Made by a program: the position numbers and the translations under genes
In this document: positions 25,481 to 36,409 of the stretch, one piece after another
Position numbering within the stretch: position 1 is the first letter of the stretch
Layout of the letters: each line of letters starts with the position of its first letter
Source: Pristiophorus japonicus
Taxonomy: Eukaryota
DNA: 64,000 nucleotides
Direction: 5' to 3'
Assembly (NCBI RefSeq): GCF_044704955.1
Contig: NC_091994.1
Span: forward strand, 47,554,001-47,618,000
Notes under the pieces: generated by a model
Seen by the model: the letters and a program-made list of their open reading frames with translations, nothing else
Told to the model about the DNA's origin: nothing
Database searches by the model: none

Positions 25481-26741
25481 TGTCGGGGAGGAAGGAAAAG
25501 GGCTGTGGGATCGGTCTGTGCTGTGAATTGAAACCAAGACGGTTTGACCTTGGCAGAGCAGTGATTGGACGGGGGAGGACACCGGAGGGCCAATGGTGGG
25601 ACAGAGTCAGCCCAAAGCACGGGGCTTTCAAGCCAATGGGAGAGCACTTGCTCGAAAACTGTGGGACTCATAGCCATTATCGGGCTATTGTCTTCCCCAT
25701 GTTTACACTATGGAAGGAAATTATGCAGACCTTCAGAAAACTAGGGAACCCAAAACAAACCAAGGGCCTACACAATGGTTACAGGAGGCCAACCCAATCA
25801 ACCCCTACTCAAACCTTGAGTAGGTTAGAAAAACTGAATTGGAGGAAAATTATGCAGACGTTCAGAAACCAGGGAACCCAAAACAACCCAAGGGCCTACA
25901 AAATGGCTACAGGAGGCCAACGCAATCAGCACACACTCAAAACTTGAGTAGGTTAACATCAGTGGAAAAAACCCGCAATAATCTAAAACTGCTGCATTTT
26001 TCAAAATCACAAAGCCCACCAATGGGAAGAATCGATTTCAGCAGGAGAGGCGGACTAGATAATCTGGCTATAAAAAGTGGTTTCTGATGTAGTGTGGGTG
26101 GTTCCCTGCTCTCGTGATCCAACAACCAGCAAGCCTCTCGACACTGAAGGAAAACCAGTGTCCGAAGACACCGAAGATAGAAGAAACAAACCACCAGACT
26201 TGCAGAAGGCACAGTAGTGAGTATAACCTCTGGTCCCCGGAACTCCCAACTCAGTTAGGTCAGGAAAGGTGGGAGGTTGGGCATTGTACTGCTGAACTTG
26301 TGTAAAGATTTTCGTTGTGTCCGTTTAGTGGGATTTAGGGGGATTGTTTTGTTGGTGTATTGCTGTTTGTTGAGATATACCTTGTCAAATAAATTGGAAG
26401 CCTAAGTTCCTCTTGGAATCACCTTGTCTCAGTTCTATTGTATTACATCTCCTGATCGTGAGTCTTATGTCAGAACAGTGTAAGGGAAGCTAGGAGCGCC
26501 TCGAAAACGCTCAACTGTGTGTCACAGGCTAGGGAAGAAGGAGTTAGGAGTGTTTGACACTCACAGGTGCCTCACAGGCTAGGCCCATAAGCTGTGGGGA
26601 CGCACGCGTCTCAAAACCCCCTTCATAAGCTGTGGACACAGTCTCTCCAGGGGTGCTCTTGCAGCACTCAGGGTACCTCACAGGCCAGGCATAAGCTGTG
26701 AGGGCAAAAGCCCAGAGAGAGACACCCAAGGCACAACAACA
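25481..26741 (+). repeat. ERV 3' LTR (last ~20 nt deleted)
   Basis: Begins TGTCGGGGAG after the purine tract; identity to the 5' LTR stops at gcacaacaaca. Confidence 0.9.
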
Positions 26742-29700
26742 GATGATGTCAACGCCCATCTCTGGATACGGGATGATGCATTGGTATTAATACCTTTGTT
26801 TTCCGAAAACAAAGAAATGAGTGGCTTGTGATCCGTTTCGATCTCAAAATGAAGACCAAACAGGTACTGATGCATCTTTTTGACCCCATACCCACAGGCC
26901 AAAGCTTCTTTTTCTACCATGCTGTAAGCTCTTTCCGCCTTTGACAAACTTCTCGAAGCATACGCAACAGGTTGTCGCTTACCCGACTCATTTGCTTGTT
27001 GGAGTACACATCCAACCCCATATGATGAAGCAGCACAGGCCAATACAAGATGCTTACACGGATCATAATGAACAAGCAACTTGTTTGAACAGAGCAGATT
27101 CTTAGCTTTCTCAAAGGCTCTATCTTGAGATACATCCCAGACCCAGATGTTGCCTTTTCTGAGTAGCATATGTAGTGGCTCTAATAAAGTGCTCAATTTG
27201 GGTAAGAAATCACCGAAGTAGTTGAGTAGCCCAAGGAATGAACGCAGCTCTGTCACATTCTGAGGCCTGGGTGCATTTTTGATGGCCTTAGTTTTCAAAT
27301 CAGCAGGCCTGATGTCATCAGCAGCAATCTTCCTCCCCAGGAATTCAACTTCAGATACCATGAAGACATACTTCGAACATTTCAGCCTGAGTCCCACTTT
27401 GTCCAGACAATGTAGGACTTCTTCAAGATTGTTCAGATGTTCAGCAATGTCACGACCTGTGACCAGAATGTCATTTTGAAACACGACAGTTCTAGGAACA
27501 GACTTCAGTAGACTCTGCATATTCCTCTGAAATATGGCTGCAGCTGAACGAATTCCAATAGAACACCTGTTGTAGACAAACAGTCCTTTATGGGTGTTGA
27601 TGCAGGTGAGTTTCTTCGAAGTGCCGACAAGCTCCTGTGTCATATAGGCCGATGTCAGATCTAGTTTAGTGAACGACCTGCCACCAGCTAGCATGGCGAA
27701 CAGGTCATCAGCCTTCCGGTAACGGATACTGATCCTGTTTCGAAAATCAGTTATTCGTAACCTTGTAGTCACCACAAATCCTGACAGTGACATCAATCTT
27801 CAACACAGTAACAATGGGACTGGCACACTCGTTAAACTCGACCGGTGATATGATCCCTTCTCGTTGGAGTCTGCCAAGCTCAATTTTAACCTTCTCCCTC
27901 ATCATGCAAGGAACAGACCAAGCTTTATGATAGACAGGCTTTGCATCAGAATCTAGGTGAACCTGCACCTTGGCTCCAAGAAAATTACCAATGCCCGGTT
28001 CAAACAAAGAAGGAAACTTCTTCAACACTTGAGCACATGAAGTGTCATCCATCGAGGACAATCATTCCAGTTCCACTTGATTTTCTCAAGCCAATTCCTA
28101 CTGAACTGCGTTCGGATAAACACCTGGGATGATCCATAATGGTAGATCATGAACCACACCATCATATGACACCTTGACTACTATACTGCCAATCACCGGT
28201 ATGAGTTTCTTAGTCTAAGTACGCAACTTGGCATTGACTGGACTCAGCTTAGGCTTCACAGCCTCAGTGTCCCACAGCTTGTTGAATGCCCTTTGGCTCA
28301 TTACCGACTGACTCACACCTGTCAGCTTCACATTAACGATTATTGGCTGGCTCTTTCCCAAGAACGAATACAGACCATACACTTCCTCACCGGCTTGTGT
28401 ATCCGGGCCAGCACTGGACTGATCATCATCAAAAATGTGATGAGTGGCAACACGGTTGTTCAGTTGTGGGCACATTCTCTGAAGATGCCCCACTTTTGAA
28501 CAGCCATTACAGGCGGTATTGTTTAAACCGACACTGATGAGGCCGATGATTGCCCCCACAATGCCAACAGGGTGAAATCAGATTCGTACCAGTTGGCGGA
28601 CTCTGAGCAGCTATAGGTTTCACATAAGCAGTCGAGTAGGCCTTGCCATGAGCAGGTCCGCCAGAAGACGACACAATCTTGTTTACAGTAGCTGTCGTGG
28701 AGCTCCGATTCTTCGTTGATATCTGCCTCAAGCTATCATCAGATATCATGCATGCCTGGGCAGTCGCGATGGCCTTTCTCAAATCCAGCTTCTCTTTGGC
28801 CAAAAGCTTCCGAAGAATCACATTATGGTTGATGCCTATCACGAAGAAATCTCGCAACATGTCTTCCAACACGTTCCCGAACTTACGCGGCTCAGCAAGA
28901 CGTCATAGGTCGGCGATGAATCCCGACACAGCCTGATCCTCAGCACAAACATGTGTATAGAAGCAATAGTGTGAGATGATGATCCCCTCTTTTGGCTTAC
29001 AAAATCCTCGAAGCATACGCAACAGGTTGTTGCTTACCCGACTCATTTCCTTGTTGGAGTACACATCCAACCCCATATGATGAAGCAGCACAGGCCAATA
29101 CAAGATGCTTCCATGGATCATAATGAACAAGCAACTTGTTTGAACAGAGCAGATTCTTAGCTTTCTCAAAGACTCATACTCTTTGTCCATTGGACGTAAA
29201 GGCGAGAGAAGATTCTTCATAAGGTTGTAAATTTTCGGATGACAAATGGTGAGGAAAACCGCCATGCGCCTAATTGCATCAGCCTCTCCCTCCATTTTGT
29301 TGGCCACAAAACACTGATCCAGGCGGTCGATAAAATCCGCTCAATCCTCGCTCTCCGCAAATCTCTCCAGAATTGCAGTAGTGCCCATTGTACATGCGAA
29401 GGTTCTTAAGTTACCTCGTCGCCAAATGTAATGTCTCAAGAGCCTTGTTACTGTAAACGGCCTCAGGCGTATTCCTGATCCAACTTTATTTGCGCTCAAA
29501 GTACTTGCGCGACATAGTACCCGCTCTTATATGTCAGTGACCGCGCACACGCGCGTACAGCCCGATGACCTCCGACAGTGGCGCCCCCTGGTGTCTGGTG
29601 ACCCCAAGCATCAATACATAACAATATGGAGTTTCAAAAAGGGGTTTGATAACTTGCAACATTAGAGGTTTGTTGATAAAACTAGAGGGAGTGTGGAATT

Positions 29701-29959
29701 GTTGAACGGAGATAGAAGATATGTCAGGGATGAGAGGCTTCAGTTATGAGGAGGGACGAGAGTAAATGAGGACTTTTGCAGATCAAGGATGGTTAAGAAA
29801 AGATCTAATACAGTTGCTCAGAACTTTTGGTAAGGTAAATCGGGTAAAAACTATTTCTAGTGGTTGGTGAGTTAGTAACTAGAGGAAATAAATGTAAGAT
29901 CATCACTGAACGAATGAAAGGAAAGGGCTGGTGAATGTTTATGTTGTGGAGGGGAGTTA

Positions 29960-30891
29960 GGACTGGGTGGATGAAGGGGAACCAGTGGATGTGGTGTATT
30001 TGGACTTCCAGAAGGCATTTGACAAGGTGCCACATAAAAGATTACAGCACGATAAAAGTTCACGGGGTTGAGGGTAATATATTAGCATGGATAGAGAATT
30101 GCTAACTAACAGAAAACAGAGAGTCGGGATAAATGGTTCATTCTCGGGTTGGTAATCAGTAACTAGTGGGTGCCACAGGGATCAGTGCTGGGACCCTAAC
30201 TATTAACAATCTATATTAACGACTTGGAAGAAGGGGACCGAGTGTAACGTAGCCAAGTTTGCTGACGATACAAAGATGGGAGGAAAGCAATGTGTGAGGA
30301 GGACATAAAAAATCTGCAAAAGGATATAGTCAGGCTAAGTGAGTTGGTAAAAATTTGGCAGATGGAGTATAATGTTGGAAAGTGTGAGGTCATGCACTTC
30401 AGCATCAAAAAATCAAAGAGCAAGTTATTATTTAAATGGAGAAAAATTGCAAAGTGCTGCAGTACAGCGGGACCTGGGGGTACTTGTGCATGAAACACAA
30501 AAGGTTAGTATGCAGGTACAGCAAGTGATCAGGAAGGTCAATGGAATCTTGGCCTTTATTGCAAAGGGGATATTGTATAAAAACAGGGAAGTCTTGCTAC
30601 AATTATACAGGGTATTAATGAGGCCACACATGGAATACGGCATACAGTTTTGGTTTCCATATTTACGAAAGGATATACTTGCTTTGGAAGCAGTTCAGAG
30701 AAGGTTCACTTTGGTTGATTCCGGAGATGAGGGGGTTGACATGAGGAAAGCTTGAGGAGGTCAGGCCTCTACTCATTGGAATGCTGAAGAATGAGAGGTG
30801 ATCTTATCGAAACGTTTAAGATTATTAAATGGCTGAGCAGGCTCGAGGGGTCGTATGGCCTACTCCGGCTCCTATTTCTTATGTTCTTATG
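29960..30891 (+). mobile_element. 5'-truncated CR1 LINE 3' part
   Basis: RT C-terminal motifs (WQMEYNVGKC, LYRVLMRPHMEY) and a ttcttatgttcttatg tail. Confidence 0.9.
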
Positions 30892-31173
30892 ACATGGAAT
30901 GCCCGATCAGAAATAGTGGGGGAAACAATGCAAACAGGTTTTAATGAGGAAGTGAATATGAATTTGCAAAATAATATTAAAAAGGGCATTTGAAATTGAA
31001 CCAAATGGCTGGGTCTTTCAAAGCATCAGCACAGGTGCATGGGTCGGATGGCTCCAATCTGTGCTGTCAGATTCTATGGTTCTATGTGTGGTCATGGAGG
31101 GAGTGCATTGTGTGGTCTCGTGTACAGACACATGTCCCAGCTTCTCCCAACACTTTTTACTCAACATGATTAG

Positions 31174-34100
31174 TGTTACACTCATAATAAATGGTCAAAC
31201 TGAGTACTGTGTATAATGAGCAAGTGTGACCTCAGCTCCTTTATTAAGATTCCAGAGTGCAGGTACCTCGTGGGTGACCTGCTTGTATACTTGGCTCCAA
31301 AAGGGATGCTGGGATTCCTTGGGACTCCAACAGGTAGGCCCTCTGGTGGTCAGGTGTGATGCAGGTTGCAAGGGGTTAAATACATAATATCACTCCCCCG
31401 TGAAGTCAACAGTACACTTATTTACAAGGTGAGACGATCTGGGGCTTTGCGGTCCCTTGTCGATCGTCTCGGTACAAATGCTGGTGTGGGTGGGTTGGTC
31501 AGTTCTTCACTGGGCTGTTGATTTGCCAGCCTTGCCGGGCTGCTGGGGATGGTGAGTTCGGTTTCGTGGTCAACTATGATGTCAGTTTCCACTTGTGTGT
31601 GTGTGTGTTGGAGTGTAAAGTTGGTGGTGTCTTCTTCAGGTTGTTCGGAGCTGTTGGTGAACCTCAATTTGATTTGGTCCAAATGTTTTCTGTGCATTTG
31701 TCCATTGGCCAGTTTGACCTGAAATACCCTGCTCCCCTCTTTGGCTGTGACCGTGCCAGCGAGTCATTTGGGACCATGTCCATAATTGAGCACAATATCG
31801 AGTGACAATTTTGCGCAGTCATGGTACACACTTTGTTGATGCTGCTTGCCCTCCACGTGACAGAGCCTTGTTTTAAGCGTTCTTTTCATGAGCAGCTCAG
31901 CTGGGGGAATGATGGTGAGTGATTCGGGTCTGGTGCGATAGCTGAGCGGTGCTCGGGACAACCGGGTCTGCAGGGAGCCTTCCGACACGCATTTCAAGCT
32001 CTGCTTGATGGTCTCAACTGCCCGTTCTGCATGGCCATTTGGTGCGGGCTTGAACGGGGCAGGTGTGACATGTTTGATCCGGTTGTGGGTCATGACTTCC
32101 TTGAATTCAGCACTGGTGAAGCACGGCCCATTGTCGCTTACTAGGTCATCAGGCAAGCCGTGCGTGGCAAACATGGCTCGTAGGCTTTCAATGGTGGCTT
32201 TGGAAGTGCTTACAGACATTATTGCCCATTCAATCCATTTTGAGTAAGCGTCCACGACAACCAAAAACATTTTGCCTAGGAATGGGCCCACATAGTCTAC
32301 ATGGATCCTCGACCACGGTTTGAATGGCCATGACCACAAACTTAGCGGTGCCTCTCTGGGTGCATTGCTCAACTGAGAGCAAGTGTTGCAGTGGCGCATG
32401 CATGACTCTAAATCTGAGTCGATGCAAGGCCACCACACATGGGGTCTGGCTATGGCTTTCATCATTACGATGCCTGGGTGGATGTTGTGCAGTTCGCAAA
32501 TAAATGTCTCTATGCCTTTCTTGGGCAAGACTACGCGATTGCCCCACAAAAGACAATCCACCTGCAGGGACAACTCGTCTTTGCATCTGTGGAATGGCTT
32601 AATCACTTCCTGCATCTCCACTGGGACACTGGACCAGCTCCCATGGAGGACACAGATTTGTACAAAGGACAGTAAAGAATCCTGGCTGGTTCAGGTCCTG
32701 ATCTGGTGGGCTTCATTCTCAAATGCCTCCATGACCATGAGCAAGTCTGCTGGCTGTGAATTTTCCACCCCGGTGGTGGGCAATGGTAGCCGACTGAGAG
32801 CTTCTTCGCAGTTCTCTGTGCCCGGTCTGCGGCGGATTACATAGTTGTATGCCGACAGCATGAGTGCCCATCTTTGGATGCGAGCAGGGGCATTGGTATT
32901 AATCCCTTTGCTCTTCGAGGATAGCGATATGAGCGGCTTGTGGTCAGTTTCAAGCTCAAACTTACGGCCAAATAAGTACTGGTGCATTTTTTTTTCCCCG
33001 TAAGCACACGCCAGAGCATCTTTTTCAACCATGCTGTGGGCCCTTTCGACCTTGGACAAACTCCTGGATGCATACACAACCGTTTGCAAAATTCCCGATT
33101 CATTAGTCTGTTGTAACACACACCCAACCCCATATGACCACGCATCGCAAGCTAACACTAATCGTTTACATGGGTTATAAAGGACAAGCAGTTTGTTAGA
33201 ACATAATATGTTTCTGGCTTTCTTAAAGGCAGCCTCTTGTGAATTCCCCCATACCCAGTCGTCTCCCTTGCGCAGTAGCGCATGTAGGGGTTCTAGCAGG
33301 GTGCTTAACCCAGGTAGGTAATTACTGAAATAGTTAAGGAGCCCCAGGAACGACCGCAGCTCCGTCACATTCTGTGGTCGCGGTGCGTTCTTGATGGCCT
33401 CCATCTTGGCGTTGGTGGGTCCGATGCTGTCTGCTGCGATTCTCCTTCCTAAGAATTCGACGCCCTGTGCCAGGAAAACACACTTCGAGCGTTTCAACTT
33501 GAGCCCCACGCGATCCAACCGACTAAGAACCTCCTCCAGATTCTTCAAGTGCTCCATGGCGTCCCGACCTGTAACCAATATTTCGTCCTGGAAGACCACT
33601 GTGCAAGAAACCGACTGTAGCAGGCTTTCCATGTTCCGCTGGAAGATCGCTGCGCCGACCGAATCCCGAACGGGCACCGGTTGTAGATAAACAGACCTTT
33701 GTGTGTGTTGATGCAGGTGATGCTTTCAAAGACTCCTCCAGCTCCTGCGTCATGAAGGCCGAGGTCTGGTCCAGCTTGGTGAATGTCTTCCCTCCAGCCA
33801 GGGTCGCAAATAGGTCATCTGCCTTGGGTAGCGGGTACTGGTCCTGCAGCGAAAAATGGTTAATCGTTACTTTGTAGTCCATGCAAATTTTAACCGTACT
33901 GTCCTCCTTGAGTACCGGAACAATCGGACTGGCCCAGTCATTGAATTCCACTGGCGCGATGATGCCTTCACGTTGCAGCACGATTTCCACTTTTTCACGC
34001 ATCATGTACGGTACCGCACGAGCCTTGTGGTGATTGGGTCGCGTACCGGGAACCAAATGGATGTGCACTTTCGCTCTCGAAAAGCTTCCAATGCCTGGCT

Positions 34101-35624
34101 CAAACAACGAAGGGAACTTGCTTCGAACCTGGGTACATGCGGTGTCGTTGATGGATGAAAGCGCTCAGATTTCGTCCCAGTTGCAGCGGAATTTCCCCAG
34201 CCAGCTTCAACCAAACAAAGTGGGGCTATCCCCTGGCGCAATCCACAGTGGGAGTTCGTGTACTGCTCCATCATAGGAGACTTTGACTGCCAATTACAGA
34301 GATTAGTTCCTTGGTATACGTCCTTAGTTTGGTGTGAATGGGGCTGAGCTTGGACCTGTGTGTCTTCTTTCCCCACAACCTGTTGAAGGCCGCTTTACTC
34401 ATTATGGACTGACTTGCCCCTGTGTCCAACTCCATAGACACTGGAATGCCATTCAGTTCAACTTTCAACATTATTGGTGGGCATTTAATCGTGAACGTAT
34501 GTACCCCGTACACTTCTGCCTCCTCAATACGAGTTTCCAATTCCATCTGATCCACTGTGGATCGATCTTCCTCTGCAACGTGGTGGTTTGCTGGGTTTGC
34601 AGCTCACCTCCACATTTGCTGGAGGTGACCAATTGTTCTGCAGCCATTACACGAATAGTGCTTAAAGCGGCATTGATGGGGCCGATGATCACGTCCGCAG
34701 CACCAACATGGTGTTAACTGCCTCACATTAACAGATGATGGCGGACTCTGGGTCAATTGAGGTCGGACCACAGCAGCCGGCGTGTACTTTCTGCCACGTA
34801 CATTTCTGCTCAAAACCGACGTTACTTTATGCACTGTACTGGCTGAAACTTCTTTGTTCTGCGAAATCTGCTTGGTGCTGTCATTGGTTGACATAAATGC
34901 CTGGGCTATCAGACTCGGAGTTTCTACAGTCAACAGTTTGCGAAGGATTGTCTCATGTCCAATAACCAGTACAAAAAAGTCTCTGAGCATTTGTTCTAGG
35001 AATCCCTCAAACTCACACTGTCCTGCAAGGCGCCTTAGTTCGGCGACATAGCTCGCCACTTCCTGGCCCTCTGATTGTTGACACTTGTAGAACCGATATC
35101 TCGCCATCAAAATGCTTTCCTTAGGATTTAGGTGCTCCCGGAGCAGCGTACAGAATACTTCATAGGATTTCTCTGTTGGTTTTGCCGGTGCCAGGAATTC
35201 TTCATGAGGTCATAGGCTGTTGCCCCACAGACAGTTAGGATGATCGCCCATCGTTTGGTAGCGGTCTCGTCCCCTTCCAGCTCATTGGCCACGAAGTATT
35301 GGTCGAGTCTCTCCACGAAGGCCTCTCAATCATCCCCTTCTGAGAACTTCTCCAGGATGCCGACTGTTCTTTGCATTTTCGCGTGGTTGTTTGTTACCTC
35401 GTCGCCAATTGTTGCACTCATAATAAATAGTCAGACTGAGTATTGTGTGTAATGAGCAAGTGTGACCTTAGCTCCTTTATTAAGATTCCAGAGTGCAGGT
35501 ACCTCGTGGGTGACCTGCTTATATACTGTGCTCCCAAGGGTTGCTGGGATCCCTTGGGACTTCAACAGGTGTGCCCTCTGGTGGTCATGTGTGATGCAGG
35601 TTACAAGGGATTAAATACATAATA
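31174..35624 (-). mobile_element. Gypsy LTR retrotransposon B (K02A2.6-like), near full length, frameshifted
   Basis: ~215-bp LTRs at 31174-31389 and 35410-35624, TSD ATTAG, PBS at 35393-35407, PPT at 31390-31400; gag, LDTGAS protease, RT, RH, IN. Confidence 0.95.
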
Positions 35625-36098
35625 ATTAGGAATGGCCCGAGCCCATTCTGAATTGAAACTTAACCTTATGCATGAAGTGAATGGGAGGCAGCATGTTTGG
35701 TTGGGGTTGGGTTAAGACTGGAAATCATATGGGATACATTATATTCCATGACCTCCCAATTCCTCTTTCAACATTTGTCCCCACCTTACCTTCCCTCTGT
35801 TACTCACCATCACAGTATTCGCTTGGCCACAATGCTAAAATAAAACCCACCACAATGTAAACGTTCCAATCCAACTTTATACATCTATTCATCCAACATG
35901 ACCAGAAATCAACTAATCACCCTTATGCATACCCTTAGTGACCATCTTGTGTGTGAATTTACCTGTCCTAATGATGTCACTCAGTGCTACCCAAGTGTCT
36001 GCAGCATGGCTGGTGGGAGGCTGCTGACTTTCAGTGGGGGGCACTGCAGATGGCCTTGTTCGTCGCCCTCTAGGAGCTGGTGGCTGGGAGTGTCAAAT

Positions 36099-36303
36099 CT
36101 TCTTCTTCTCCCTCCTCCTCAACCCTCCTCCTCCTCCCTTCTCCCTCCTCCTCCTGCTCTCTCCACCTCCTCGTCCTCCCTGCTTCTCCTCCTTCCTCCC
36201 TCTTCCTCCCTCCTCCCATCTCCCTCCTCCTCCTTTCTCGTCTCATTTTTCTTCTTCATCTTCATCTTCCTCCTCCTCTTCCTCCTCTTTTTCCTCTTCT
36301 TCG
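36099..36303. repeat. Polypyrimidine (CCT/TCT)n low-complexity tract
   Basis: About 200 bp almost entirely C/T. Confidence 0.9.
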
Positions 36304-36409
36304 TAATGCCCAGAAGGAAGTTCAGCTTTAAGAACTGAAGTCTGCCATTTTAGAATTATTTATTTTGGAGAAGACAGTTGATCTCTAAGGGCATAAATTC
36401 TAACTATTT

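Larger units (their letters stand above)
16200..26741 (+). mobile_element. Endogenous retrovirus-like provirus (lokiretrovirus-like candidate), decayed
   Basis: Paired ~1.2-kb LTRs, PBS-like TGG at 17377, PPT near 25468-25480, gag-pro-pol-env order. Confidence 0.9.
15045..29623 (-). mobile_element. Gypsy LTR retrotransposon A (K02A2.6-like), decayed, interrupted by the ERV and itself inserted in a CR1 RT fragment
   Basis: ~195-bp LTRs at 15045-15239 and 29427-29623, TSD ATATG, PBS TGGCGACGAGG on the minus strand (about 29410-29424), gag-CCHC/RT/RH/IN remnants; host reads DVVYM|EFQKGFD. Confidence 0.93.

Noticed and set aside
26678-27796. 372-aa ORF as a functional pol
   Set aside because: Gypsy A fragment with a mutated catalytic motif (FQND), an upstream frameshift and read-through into the ERV LTR
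35898-36338. Ser/Pro/Leu-rich ORFs
   Set aside because: Artefacts of the C/T low-complexity tract
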